Position numbers and translations under genes: made by a program. Below the pieces are notes generated by a model, which was not told where the DNA came from, ran no database searches, and saw only the letters and a list, made by a program, of their open reading frames with translations. Shown here in pieces: positions 9,450-19,106 of a stretch of 64,000 nucleotides of DNA (position 1 is its first letter; each line of letters starts with the position of its first letter). Source of the DNA: Phycisphaerae bacterium (GTDB lineage: Bacteria > Planctomycetota > Phycisphaerae > WQYP01). The DNA lies in contig JBQCGD010000138.1 in the NCBI GenBank assembly GCA_051955985.1, forward strand, positions 15,786 to 79,785, given 5' to 3'.

Positions 9450-9543
9450 TATGTAAGATGCGAACGAGGGCCGGTGACGGTCCTCGGTTTGTTTTTGCAT
9501 TTGGACGGTGGCAGAGGGGGCCCGCGGGGTATTGCAGGTGGAG

Positions 9544-9581
9544 CGTCGATAATCCCTACGCCATGGAAGGCGTGGGCTTGG
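9544..9581 (-). repeat. REP-like hairpin, copy 2 (compensatory stem changes)
   Basis: Minus strand ccaagcccacgcc-ttccat-ggcgtagggattatcgacg. Confidence 0.75.
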
Positions 9582-9600
9582 TGGTTGGTTTTTGCAAATT

Positions 9601-10452
9601 TCAGGCGATGGAAGCGAGGAGGGCGAGTTCGGCGACGAGGTCCTGGAGGGTGTATTGGCGGGCGAGGTCGATGCGGAGGAACATGCCGTGGTTGTGGGAG
9701 GAATCGATGATGAGCATGCGGTCGCCGATGACGGCGTAGCCTTCTTCCTGGGCCTGGTGGCCGCAGATGAAGAGGTCGGCCCACCAGGCGCGGCTGAGGG
9801 TGTTAAGGACTTCCTGGGACTGGTTTCGGCCCCAGATGAGGTGGTAGATCGGCCCATTGCGGGCGTAATCGGCCTGGGTGAGGTCGCGGCGGAGGACGGT
9901 CTGGTCGAAGGCGGCGAGGGAGCGGGCATCGGGGAGGGAGTGGCTGAGAAAGAGGCCGGTGACGGTGATGGCGGCCAGGGGCATGGAGTAAACGAAATTG
10001 CGGAAGGCCTCCTGGACCCGCGCCGCGTCGCCGCGATAGGTGTTGTCGATGTACCGGGAGAAGCGGTCGGTGAGGTCGTAGCCATCCTTCATGATGGGGA
10101 GGCGCTGCACCTGGGCCATGTCGTGGTTGGCGAGCAGGAAGTGGACGCGGCCGGGGAACTGGCGGGCCCAGTCGCAGGCCTGGAGGAGCATTTCGAGGGA
10201 ACGGTCCTCCCCCTGGGCGCCGAGGGCCCCGCCGTGAATGAGCTCCTGCAGGATCACGTGGCGATCGGGATTGCGGTCGAGTGCGGCGACCTTTCGGAAA
10301 CGTTCGAAGTTGCGGGAATGGTTGTGGATGTCGCCGGCGACGAGGAGGTCGCCGGTGCCGGGGAAGCAGAGCATCTGTCCGTTGCGCAGAGGATCGGTGC
10401 GGTTCAATTCCGCGGCGGCATCGAGTGCTGGAATGGCTTTGTTAAACAGCAT
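9601..10452 (-). CDS. Calcineurin-like metallophosphoesterase (atypical motif II)
   Basis: LVAGDIHNH, ILQELIHGG, LLANHD, FLSHS, FICGHQ. Confidence 0.8.
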   Translation of the reverse strand: MLFNKAIPALDAAAELNRTDPLRNGQMLCFPGTGDLLVAGDIHNHSRNFERFRKVAALDRNPDRHVILQELIHGGALGAQGEDRSLEMLLQACDWARQFPGRVHFLLANHDMAQVQRLPIMKDGYDLTDRFSRYIDNTYRGDAARVQEAFRNFVYSMPLAAITVTGLFLSHSLPDARSLAAFDQTVLRRDLTQADYARNGPIYHLIWGRNQSQEVLNTLSRAWWADLFICGHQAQEEGYAVIGDRMLIIDSSHNHGMFLRIDLARQYTLQDLVAELALLASIA

Positions 10453-10537
10453 GGAACTTCCCGGGCGGACGCCCCTGGCTTTCGCCGAACTGCGTAATCA
10501 TTCTGTCATCGGCCCAGACGACCAGCCAGACATGGGG

Positions 10538-11458
10538 TTATTCGAACATCTGGTCGTCTTTGCTTTCGTCGCGGCTCTCGGGAATCATCAGGGACTCCTT
10601 GGAGAGGCGTTTGAGCGGTCCTTCGACGTGCGCCACGGTGAGGGCGAGTTCCAGCCGCGGGATGACCGCGGTGAAATCCTGCGGGCGGTGCGAGGGGCGG
10701 TTCTGGACGCAATCCATGATGACGCGGGAGAGGGGCATGGGGATTTGCGGATTGAGCTCGTGGGGCGCCTTGGGCTCGCGGTTTTCGTTGACGGGGGCGG
10801 TGGGGACGCTGGATTTGTCTTTCTTCTTGGGGATGAGGGTGGGGATGTGGTGGTCGGTGCAGCACCAGTACATGGTGGCGCCGAAGTTGAAGACGTCGGT
10901 GGCGGGGGTGAGTGGCCCGCGGCCGACCTGTTCGGGGGCGATGTAGTCAGGGGTTCCCTGGATGCGGGTTTTGACGGTACCGATGGAGCAGGACTGGCCA
11001 AAGTCGATGATCTTGGTGACGAACTTGTCATTGACGAGGATGTTGTTGGGCTTGATATCGGCGTGGACATAGCCAAGGCGGTGCATGGCGGCGAGGCCCT
11101 GGGCGACCTGGACGAAGATCTTGATGAGGGAGGAGAGTTTTTCGGGGCGTTGGACGTCGAGGGATTGGCCGTCGAAGAGTTCCATGAGGAGATAGAGTTC
11201 GGCGGTTTTGAGCATTTTGCGGCGGCGGATCATGCGGATGGATTTGCGGAGGGAGGGGTGGTCGAACTGGGAGGCGATGGCGAATTCCTGTTCGGCCTGT
11301 TCGATGAAGCGGTCATCGTCGGCGGATTTGCGGACGACGCGTTTGAGCGCGTAGACCTGGCCGGACTTCTTTTCGGAGACGGCGTAGATCGTGCTCCGCG
11401 CCCCGTAGCCGAGGCAGGAGATGATTTCGAAATCAGCGATTTCGGGCAGTGGGTCCAT
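10538..11458 (-). CDS. Soluble Ser/Thr protein kinase
   Basis: LGYGARS, YALKRV, VHADIKPNN, IIDFG, GTPDYIAPEQ. Confidence 0.92.
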   Translation of the reverse strand: MDPLPEIADFEIISCLGYGARSTIYAVSEKKSGQVYALKRVVRKSADDDRFIEQAEQEFAIASQFDHPSLRKSIRMIRRRKMLKTAELYLLMELFDGQSLDVQRPEKLSSLIKIFVQVAQGLAAMHRLGYVHADIKPNNILVNDKFVTKIIDFGQSCSIGTVKTRIQGTPDYIAPEQVGRGPLTPATDVFNFGATMYWCCTDHHIPTLIPKKKDKSSVPTAPVNENREPKAPHELNPQIPMPLSRVIMDCVQNRPSHRPQDFTAVIPRLELALTVAHVEGPLKRLSKESLMIPESRDESKDDQMFE

Positions 11459-11778
11459 GGTTGCCTGGTTCGCGATCACAGCACACCCTTTACGACGGAA
11501 CAATTAGCATAACACGACGGACCGCGGCAAGTGACGCGGCGCCGGCATGAAACACTGTTACCTATTCGGCCGCCGGTATTCGGGTGTTCGGAAGATTTTA
11601 GACACTTTGACCGAACAGGGCCCGATAATGGCGACCAATGAACAGGAACTTCTCCCGGTCATGCGTGGAACAACGCACAGTGCATTGTTCCGGCGCGGGT
11701 GCGGCTGAAGGAATCGTGTAAGGGGGAACCCACCACGCCTGGTGGTCCACCACTGCGACTCAACTGGAAGGGGGAAAC

Positions 11779-12474
11779 TTACTGAAGCGAGCTGCGGAAT
11801 CGGTCCGCATACGCCTTTTGCTGAGCGGTGGCTGGGGAGTGATTGGGGAGCAGGGAGTCCCATTGAAAGAGGACATGCTCTTTGGGAATGTTCAGGCGTT
11901 GTTGGAGTTCGTGAACGAGGTGGTTTAGCTGGAGTGTTTGGGCATCCGACGGAAACTGCCGGTGTAAGTCAGCAGCCAAACAGATCCCGATAGCTCTGTT
12001 ATAAGGTTTATCCGAATAATAGCGAACGTCAGTATCGGGCCAGTTTGCGTACGGAGCGCTCACGCTCTGATAGTGCCACGCCGTGCCGATCTCCAGGTTG
12101 CCATCCATTCCGCCGTTCCCGGCGCCATCGACTACAAAATGGAAGTTTGCCCTGGGCCGCACCGTGTTGGGTGGAAGTTGACTGCCTCCTGTGACACGAC
12201 CGTCGGCAAGGCTGGCGCAACTGGCGTCCAAGTCTTCCGATTCGTAGATGATGATATAGTCCCACCCGTCGGTCTGCAATGGGGCAGCGGTCTCGAAAAT
12301 ATCAGGAGGCGCGGAGACTGCGGCGGCCATGGGGCTGTCGCCGAGGGTTCCCCCCTCCATCAGCAGAAGGGCCCCTGCACTGATGGTGAGTGTCCCCACG
12401 AGGGCGCCCAGAACGGTCGCAACGCGTTTTTGACTCACAGGTTTTTTCCTGCTCGATCTGCTTTTATCGGCCAT
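11779..12474 (-). CDS. Membrane-anchored Amidase_2/PGRP-fold protein lacking the Zn ligands
   Basis: N-terminal TM helix; WDYIIIYES...NFHFVVDG...AIGICLAAD...SDAQ...LQQRLNIPKEHVLFQW aligns with the amidase fold, but His/Tyr/His/Cys positions are substituted. Confidence 0.7.
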   Translation of the reverse strand: MADKSRSSRKKPVSQKRVATVLGALVGTLTISAGALLLMEGGTLGDSPMAAAVSAPPDIFETAAPLQTDGWDYIIIYESEDLDASCASLADGRVTGGSQLPPNTVRPRANFHFVVDGAGNGGMDGNLEIGTAWHYQSVSAPYANWPDTDVRYYSDKPYNRAIGICLAADLHRQFPSDAQTLQLNHLVHELQQRLNIPKEHVLFQWDSLLPNHSPATAQQKAYADRFRSSLQ

Positions 12475-12639
12475 ACGTCGTAACCTGTGTATCGGCAAAC
12501 GTGAAATCTTCGTCCACTAATTTTGCGTGCGCCAGTGCTTACGCTTCATGAGGAAGCTGAGTTTCAACTGCCAAGCTCATCTATCAGGTCCAGTAAGCGG
12601 CACTATATCACACCTTGCGGGGGGCTTCACTCCGGATTT

Positions 12640-12903
12640 TTACTGCTTTTCGACTACGCCGATGATGGGGTCTTCGATGGTGCCGTCGGGGTTCAGGGAA
12701 AGGGGTTCCAGGGCAGCGGCGCGTCCGGCGGCCTCGGCTTCGGCATTGTCTGCATGGCGTTGGGCTTCGAGCTTGCGTCGTTCCGCGATGGCAACGGCGG
12801 CGACGACAAAGGAGCCCTGTGCGATGGCGCGAATGGTGACGACGGCCATGATCACCGATGCGAAGAGGATCATGAAGAATTGTGGTGTATCAAGCGTCGC
12901 CAT
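12640..12903 (-). CDS. Small single-TM hypothetical protein
   Basis: MATLDTPQFFMILFASVIMAVVTIRAIAQG..., hydrophobic N-half and charged C-half. Confidence 0.65.
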   Translation of the reverse strand: MATLDTPQFFMILFASVIMAVVTIRAIAQGSFVVAAVAIAERRKLEAQRHADNAEAEAAGRAAALEPLSLNPDGTIEDPIIGVVEKQ

Positions 12904-13085
12904 ATCGGCTTCATCGACAGGAGGTTGGGGCGACTTTCGCAGAAACAGGCAATATTTGCCCCTAGAGGGAATCCGCATTTGCGGAAGTTCCTTGACGTTG
13001 GTCCGCCTGCCGCCTTAAAGTGAGTTGTAGAGCATGTCTGGCTTCCGGGCCCCTCGCTGGCCCGGCCTACCGCAGGAGAAGTGCA

Positions 13086-14120
13086 ATGGATCTTGAGAAA
13101 CTCTCCACCCGAGCGCGCTTGACGCTGCTTCTGATCAGCTTTGTGGGTGTGCTTGTGACGGCCGCAGGAGCGGTGCTTCTGGCGGCGATCATCTCGCGCA
13201 CGATGGTTCAGCCGAACGCCATTGCGGCGGACTGGCTGGACGGGGTGATGCGTGCCCAAGGGCCGCTGGCGATCATTGGGGCGGGGCTGATGATTGCGCT
13301 GCTGCCGTGGGCCATCTGGCCGCTGGTGTCGGTGGCGTTGCGGCGGGCGACGGATGCGCGTTTCCGGAATGAACAACTGCTGGGCACGCTGGAAGCGCAG
13401 CGGCAGATGCTTGAGAGCATCCGCGAAACGAGTTCGCTCTCGGATGCCGCCAAACAGGTGGCCTATCGCGCCAAGGACCTGGAAGCGTTGCGGCAGGCGA
13501 TCCGGGAGGACATGGAGCGGCAGGATTTTGAGGCGGCGACGATCCTGGCGAACGAGATGGAGCGTCGTTTCGGCTACGGGAAGGAAGCGGACAAGTGGCG
13601 TGCGGAGATCAACCGGACGAGTGCGGAGGCGATCGAAGCGCGGATCCAGGAGACGAGCGACCACGTCGAGTCGCTGATCAAGCAGGGGCAGTGGATTGGG
13701 GCGATTCGCGAGACGGACCGGTTGAAGCGGCAATTCCCGGATCGCGTGGAGCCGTACACGCTGCGCGACCGGATCGACACGGCGCGGGACGACCACAAGC
13801 GTGAGCTGCTCAAGCAGTGGAAGGACGCGATCGCCAAGGATGATGTGGATTCGTCGCTTGCGTTGCTCAGGAAGCTGGACCAGTACCTCACGCCGTCGGA
13901 GGCGGACGCGTACAAAGAGAGCGCCCGGGACGTGTTCCGCAAGCGGCTGCAGCAGTTGCAGGCGCAGTTTGCGATTCACGTGCACGACAAGAACTGGGCG
14001 GAGGCGCTGCGGATCGGGAAGCAGATCACGGATGAATTTCCGAACACGCGGATGGCGGCGGAGGTGCGGGAGAAGCTGCCGGTGCTGCAGGAACGTGCGG
14101 CGCAGCCGGTTGCGGTGTGA
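13086..14120 (+). CDS. Hypothetical protein with two N-terminal TM helices and a large helical/coiled-coil domain
   Basis: 344 aa ORF; RBS-like aggag upstream; codon usage consistent; followed by a terminator. Confidence 0.8.
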   Translation: MDLEKLSTRARLTLLLISFVGVLVTAAGAVLLAAIISRTMVQPNAIAADWLDGVMRAQGPLAIIGAGLMIALLPWAIWPLVSVALRRATDARFRNEQLLGTLEAQRQMLESIRETSSLSDAAKQVAYRAKDLEALRQAIREDMERQDFEAATILANEMERRFGYGKEADKWRAEINRTSAEAIEARIQETSDHVESLIKQGQWIGAIRETDRLKRQFPDRVEPYTLRDRIDTARDDHKRELLKQWKDAIAKDDVDSSLALLRKLDQYLTPSEADAYKESARDVFRKRLQQLQAQFAIHVHDKNWAEALRIGKQITDEFPNTRMAAEVREKLPVLQERAAQPVAV

Positions 14121-14147
14121 GCGTGTTGGGCCGGGGGAAGATTGTTC

Positions 14148-14173
14148 GGGCTCGCGGCGCCGGGCCCTTTTTT
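14148..14173 (+). terminator. Intrinsic terminator
   Basis: gggctc-gcggcgcc-gggccc stem-loop followed by tttttt, 28 nt after the stop. Confidence 0.7.
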
Positions 14174-14200
14174 ATGCGCAGCGCGTCGCCGGCCAACGAG

Positions 14201-14317
14201 ATGCCGCACTACTTGTATGTCACCCGGGGCGTGGGCCATCTTATGAAGATCCGGCTCTTCTGCCCGCCGGAGATCACGCTGATCACCGTTACCCGCACGG
14301 CGGCGAGGTTAACGTGA
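14201..14317 (+). pseudogene. Orphan 3' fragment of a YkuE/YaeI-type metallophosphoesterase gene
   Basis: HYLYVTRGVGHLMKIRLFCPPEITLITV resembles the conserved LYVxRGxG...R(F/L)xCPPEITxI C-terminus; the rest of the gene is absent. Confidence 0.7.
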
Positions 14318-14432
14318 CGTAAATGCATACCCCGGGCGGTGGGCGGGGGCTTGCCGATTTGCTTTAGCCAAGTCATAGTTTCTGAAAATTCTATGATCAT
14401 CCGGAGAGTCCGCCGCAGGCAGGAACAGGCGA

Positions 14433-16211
14433 GTGTCGTTAGTCCTTTTCCATACTCGGAACGTGACCAGTGCCCTGAAGCGGCGTGCGCCGCTCGGCAT
14501 TGACCTAGTGCTGCTCGCTGCACTTGCAGGGATCGCCGGGGGCGTGATCCTGTTCGGCGAGCGGTTCACGTCTCCATTTACCGACAAGGTGTCGATCGAC
14601 CTCTCGTACTGGGCGCTTCCGCGATACGTTTTGTACACCGCGATGCGCGGCATTGCGGCCTACCTGCTTTCGCTGACGTTCACGCTGGTCTATGGAACCA
14701 GCGCCGCGCATTCCCCCAAGGCCGAGCGCGTGATGCTGCCGATTCTCGACATCCTGCAGGCGATTCCGGTTCTTTCGTTTCTGCCGGGGGCGGTGCTCTT
14801 TTTGATTGCGCTGTTTCCGCACAGCCAGGTGGGCCTTGAACTTGCGTGCATCCTGATGATCTTTACGGGGCAGGCGTGGAACATGACGTTCTCGTTTCAC
14901 GGCTCGCTGAAAGGGATTCCGGGTCCGCTGCGTGAAGTGGCCGCGCTGAACCGGTACTCGCGCTGGCAGACGTTCCGGTATCTCGAGGTGCCCTCGGCGA
15001 TGATCGGGCTGATCTGGAATTCGATGATGTCGATGGCGGGCGGGTGGTTCTTTCTCACGACGGTGGAAGCGTTCACGCTGAAGGACCGCGACTTCCGGCT
15101 GCCAGGGCTGGGCTCTTACATGGCCGAGGCGAACCGCCGGCACGATTTCGGGGCCATCGTGGCCGGTTCGGCGGCGATGATCCTGATGATCATCGCGTTC
15201 GACCAGATCCTGTGGCGTCCGCTGGTGGTCTGGTCGCAGAAATTCAAGCTCGAGGAAAACAGCGAACAGCGCACGCCGCAATCCTGGCTGCTCAATCTTT
15301 TTGGGAAGTCCAACCTGCTGCTCTGGATCACGCGGCACTTCAAGAGCGAGCGGCCGAGGCTCCGGCTTCCCTTCGCACGCCGGGCAAAGGCGTCGGCGGG
15401 TATCCTGGATTATGCGGCGCCGTCCCGCGACACCGCTCTTCGCGCGGCAGGGCGCTGGGCGATTGCGATCGCCGCGCTTGGGCTCGCCGGGTACGGCCTG
15501 TACGCGCTCGCGTCGCTGATCTGGCGCGTTCCGCTGCTGGACACCCGCACGCACAATGACTGGCTGACGATCGTCCTGGCGTTGCTTACCTCGTTCGCCC
15601 GCATCTGCACAACGGTGTTTCTCGGTGCGCTATGGACGCTGCCGGTAGGGATCATCATCGGCCGGTCGCCGCGGCTCTCGAACATTTTCCAGCCGGTCAT
15701 TCAGACGCTCGCCAGCTATCCGGCCCCGATGGTGTTTCCGATCGTGACGGCGGGCCTGTTCGCGCTGCACGTGCCGTTCAATCTGGGCTGCACGGTCCTG
15801 CTGCTGATGGGCGCGCAGTGGTACATTCTCTTCAACGTGATTGCCGGCGCGATGGCGATTCCGGCGGACCTGAAGGAAGTGGGCGTGGCCTATTCGATGC
15901 CGCGGAGTCAGCGTTGGACGCGGCTCTACATTCCGTGCGTTTTCCCGTACCTTGTCACGGGCCTGATCACGGCGGCGGGCGGCGCGTGGAACGCCACGAT
16001 CGTTGCGGAATACCTGGATCCCGGCGCCGGCTCGGAGACGCACATAGCGTTTGGCCTGGGCGCGATCATCGCGAAGGCGACGGCGGACGGAAACTTTCCC
16101 ATCCTCGCCGCCTCCACGATCTCGATGGCCCTTTTCGTGGTGCTGCTGAACCGCTTCTTCTGGAAGCACCTTTACCGCCTTGCCGAAGAACGCTTTTCCA
16201 TGAACACGTGA
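14433..16211 (+). CDS. ABC transporter permease, NitT/TauT family, fused double-permease
   Basis: Two permease repeats (LDILQAIPVLSF; IQTLASYPAP) with EAA-like loops. Confidence 0.9.
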   Translation: MSLVLFHTRNVTSALKRRAPLGIDLVLLAALAGIAGGVILFGERFTSPFTDKVSIDLSYWALPRYVLYTAMRGIAAYLLSLTFTLVYGTSAAHSPKAERVMLPILDILQAIPVLSFLPGAVLFLIALFPHSQVGLELACILMIFTGQAWNMTFSFHGSLKGIPGPLREVAALNRYSRWQTFRYLEVPSAMIGLIWNSMMSMAGGWFFLTTVEAFTLKDRDFRLPGLGSYMAEANRRHDFGAIVAGSAAMILMIIAFDQILWRPLVVWSQKFKLEENSEQRTPQSWLLNLFGKSNLLLWITRHFKSERPRLRLPFARRAKASAGILDYAAPSRDTALRAAGRWAIAIAALGLAGYGLYALASLIWRVPLLDTRTHNDWLTIVLALLTSFARICTTVFLGALWTLPVGIIIGRSPRLSNIFQPVIQTLASYPAPMVFPIVTAGLFALHVPFNLGCTVLLLMGAQWYILFNVIAGAMAIPADLKEVGVAYSMPRSQRWTRLYIPCVFPYLVTGLITAAGGAWNATIVAEYLDPGAGSETHIAFGLGAIIAKATADGNFPILAASTISMALFVVLLNRFFWKHLYRLAEERFSMNT

Positions 16212-16218
16212 GATCTTC

Positions 16219-17583
16219 ATGACTGCCCCTCCCACAACGCCGACCGCCGCCGCGACCGCCACCGCGGGTTCCATCATCTGCGAGGCGCGCAATGTTTCGG
16301 TCGCCTTCGGCAACCCGCCGCGGACGGTTCTGGCCGACGTGACGCTCGCGGCGAGGGAAGGGGAAGTGCTCGCGCTCCTGGGTCCCTCCGGGTGCGGCAA
16401 ATCCACGCTTCTCCGGGTGATGATCGGGCTGCTCCCACCGACTTCCGGCGGAGTGCTCGCGCACGGCAAGCCGCTGACGACGGTCCATCCCGGGGTGGCG
16501 CTCGTCTTCCAGTCCTTCGCGCTTTATCCCTGGCTGACCGTCTCGGAAAACATCGCGGTCGCCCTCAACGGGCTCAACCTCTCCGCGGAGGAGGCACAGG
16601 CCCGCGTTGCCAATTGCATCGAGACCGTCGGCCTTGCCGGCTATGAAAGGGCGTACCCGAAGGAGCTCTCCGGCGGCATGAAGCAGCGTGTCGGCATTGC
16701 GCGCGCACTTGCCCGCGGGCCGGAGCTCCTGTGCATGGATGAACCCTTCTCCGCACTGGACGTCTTCACTGCCGAATCTCTTCGGTCGGAAGTCTATCGC
16801 CTATGGTCGCAGCCGAAGCGGGGAGAATCCCGGGGGGCGAATTCTGCGCCGCCGATCAAATCCGTGATGTTCATCACGCACATCATTGAAGAGGCCGTGT
16901 TCCTCGCCGACCGCATCGTCATCATGGGGACGCGTCCCGGGCACATCCGGCAGATCATCAAGAACGACATTCCGCACCCTCGCGATTACCAGAGCTCCGC
17001 ATTCCTTGCGATGGTGCAGCAACTCCACGACATCATCGTGTCCGAGCACCTCCCCGAAGCGCCTGCGGTCAAGGCGGGAGTGCCGAGCATCCTGCTTCCC
17101 GAACCGCTGCCGCACGTCACGCTTTCCGAGATCTTCGGCCTGATGGAGCTTCTCCGGGACCGCGGCGGGCGCTCGGATGTCTTTGCGCTGGACACCGTCA
17201 CCGCGTACGATTTCGGCCATACGCTCGCCGTGGTGAAGGCGGGCGAACTCCTCGGGCTGCTCGACACGCCGCGGAACAACGTCAATCTGACGCCGCTGGG
17301 CAACCGGCTGCTTGACGCGGACATGGCGGGCCGCAAACCGCTGATCGCGCAGCAGCTCCGGACACTGAACACCTTCAAGTTCGTGCTGAAGCTCATGGAA
17401 GACTCGCCGAACCGGCAGGCGTCGAAGGATCTCGTCCTGGAAGAATTCGCGATCCACCTTCCAAGCGAGGATGTTGAGCACCTCCTCCAGGTCGTCATCG
17501 CGTGGGGCCGCTTCTGCGAGTTGTTCACGTACGCTCCGGAAACGGAACTGCTCTCGTTTGAGGCGGAAGGCCCAGCGGTTTAG
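16219..17583 (+). CDS. ABC transporter ATP-binding protein (NitT/TauT) with C-terminal AAA-associated domain
   Basis: GPSGCGKST, LSGGMKQR, LCMDEPFSALD, FITHIIEEA, C-terminal extension. Confidence 0.92.
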   Translation: MTAPPTTPTAAATATAGSIICEARNVSVAFGNPPRTVLADVTLAAREGEVLALLGPSGCGKSTLLRVMIGLLPPTSGGVLAHGKPLTTVHPGVALVFQSFALYPWLTVSENIAVALNGLNLSAEEAQARVANCIETVGLAGYERAYPKELSGGMKQRVGIARALARGPELLCMDEPFSALDVFTAESLRSEVYRLWSQPKRGESRGANSAPPIKSVMFITHIIEEAVFLADRIVIMGTRPGHIRQIIKNDIPHPRDYQSSAFLAMVQQLHDIIVSEHLPEAPAVKAGVPSILLPEPLPHVTLSEIFGLMELLRDRGGRSDVFALDTVTAYDFGHTLAVVKAGELLGLLDTPRNNVNLTPLGNRLLDADMAGRKPLIAQQLRTLNTFKFVLKLMEDSPNRQASKDLVLEEFAIHLPSEDVEHLLQVVIAWGRFCELFTYAPETELLSFEAEGPAV

Positions 17584-17709
17584 CGAATCAACTCCTGCGG
17601 CCCGGCGGGAAGACAGCGTGCGGAGAGATGAACACAGCCACATGAAACGCCGGAAACGCATTTGCGCGCGGCAATTTACCTCCCCACTGCTCCCCCCTAA
17701 ACTATGCCC

Positions 17710-18693
17710 ATGAACATTGTTTTCCTCGGTTCCGGCGCCTTCGGCATTCCCTCGCTCAACGCGATCGCGCAGTCCCATCACAGGATCCTCCAGATCCTCT
17801 CCCAACCCGACCGCCCCGCCGGCCGCGGCAAGCACCTCACGCCGACGCCGGTCTCTCAATGGGCGCTCGACCGCGGCATCCCGCTCACGCGCACCGAAGA
17901 CGCCAACGCCCCCGACATCCTCCAGATGATCCGGGACATCAAGCCCGACGCACTCGTCGTCATTGCCTTTGGCCAGAAACTCTCGAACGACTTTCTCGCC
18001 CTCACGAAACACACTCCCATCAACCTCCACTCCTCGCTGCTGCCCAAGTACCGCGGGGCCGCTCCGATCAATTGGGCCGTCATCAACAATGATCCGATCG
18101 CGGGCGTGTGCGTGATCGAAGTCACGCCGACCATGGATGCCGGCGACATCCTCGCCTCCGTTTCAACGCCGATCGATCCCGCGGAAACCGCGGGCGAACT
18201 CCACGACCGTCTCGCCCTTCTCGGGTCGCCGCTGCTCCCGAAAGTCCTCGACGAGCTCGCCGGTAACGCGCTTCACCGCACGCCGCAGGACCAAACCCTT
18301 GTGACCAAGGCCCGCAAACTCTCGCGTGAAATCGCGTGGGTCGATTTCACGCAAACCTCGCTCGCGGCCTCCGCCCGAATCCGCGGCCTCTCGCCGTGGC
18401 CGGGCGTGAAGGTGGAGCTCCTGCCGAGGAAAGCAGACGAAAAGCAGAGGCCCGTCGTCGCCACGATCGTGAAATGCCGCGCGACGGCCAACACGAATTC
18501 CAATTTTCCGGAGGACTGCGGCACTGTGCTTCCCGACCGGACGATTGCCTGCGGTGTCGGCTCGCTGGAAATCCTCACGATTCAGCCCGAAGGCAAAAAG
18601 CCGATGGAACTGCAGGCCTTCGCCAACGGCTATCATCTCACCCCCGGCGCCAAACTCCGTTCGGTCCTCCCGCCGCCGGCCGCCGCGAAATGA
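17710..18693 (+). CDS. fmt: Methionyl-tRNA formyltransferase
   Basis: MNIVFLGS, SQPDRPAGRG, INLHSSLLPKYRGAAPINWA, MDAGD, IRGLSPWPG. Confidence 0.95.
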   Translation: MNIVFLGSGAFGIPSLNAIAQSHHRILQILSQPDRPAGRGKHLTPTPVSQWALDRGIPLTRTEDANAPDILQMIRDIKPDALVVIAFGQKLSNDFLALTKHTPINLHSSLLPKYRGAAPINWAVINNDPIAGVCVIEVTPTMDAGDILASVSTPIDPAETAGELHDRLALLGSPLLPKVLDELAGNALHRTPQDQTLVTKARKLSREIAWVDFTQTSLAASARIRGLSPWPGVKVELLPRKADEKQRPVVATIVKCRATANTNSNFPEDCGTVLPDRTIACGVGSLEILTIQPEGKKPMELQAFANGYHLTPGAKLRSVLPPPAAAK

Positions 18694-18703
18694 AAGGTTT
18701 CCG

Positions 18704-19039
18704 ATGCATCACGTTCTTTTTTCTTCGTTCGGCCTGGTGATTACCCCGTGGAAGATCATTGGCCTCGTGGGGCTTTTCACGTTTACGGCCCGCTGGTTTG
18801 TTCAAATGATTGCGTCGCGGCTCGCCGGCAGGTCGGTCATGCCGCTGGCATTCTGGTATTTGAGCGCCTCGGGAAGCGTCCTGCTCATCGCCTATTTCAG
18901 CATGGGAAAGCCGGACTTCGTCGGTTTTCTGTCCAATCTCTTCCCCCTCACCATCTCTCTGTACAACCTTCGGCTTGTCCGGCGGGAACGGCGGATCGCC
19001 GCGCAGGCGATTCCGATCGAGGCGCGAGAAGTGGGGTGA
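18704..19039 (+). CDS. Lipid-A-disaccharide synthase N-terminal (LAB_N) domain membrane protein
   Basis: WKIIGLVG..FTARWFVQ..S...RSVMPLAFWYLS..GS.LL.AY. Confidence 0.8.
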   Translation: MHHVLFSSFGLVITPWKIIGLVGLFTFTARWFVQMIASRLAGRSVMPLAFWYLSASGSVLLIAYFSMGKPDFVGFLSNLFPLTISLYNLRLVRRERRIAAQAIPIEAREVG

Positions 19040-19106
19040 GTTGAAGAACGACTTTCCTTCTACCCGCCTCAATGCCGATTGACAGCAGGAACAAGCCGCC
19101 CGTTCA

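Noticed and set aside
11504-11778. Structured RNA upstream of the kinase (ggaacaa-tgcac...gtgcg-ttgttcc hairpin)
   Set aside because: A single hairpin in a long 5' region with no matching known motif; insufficient support.
14318-14432. Riboswitch upstream of the ABC transporter
   Set aside because: No recognisable aptamer consensus or terminator found by eye; an Rfam scan would be needed.
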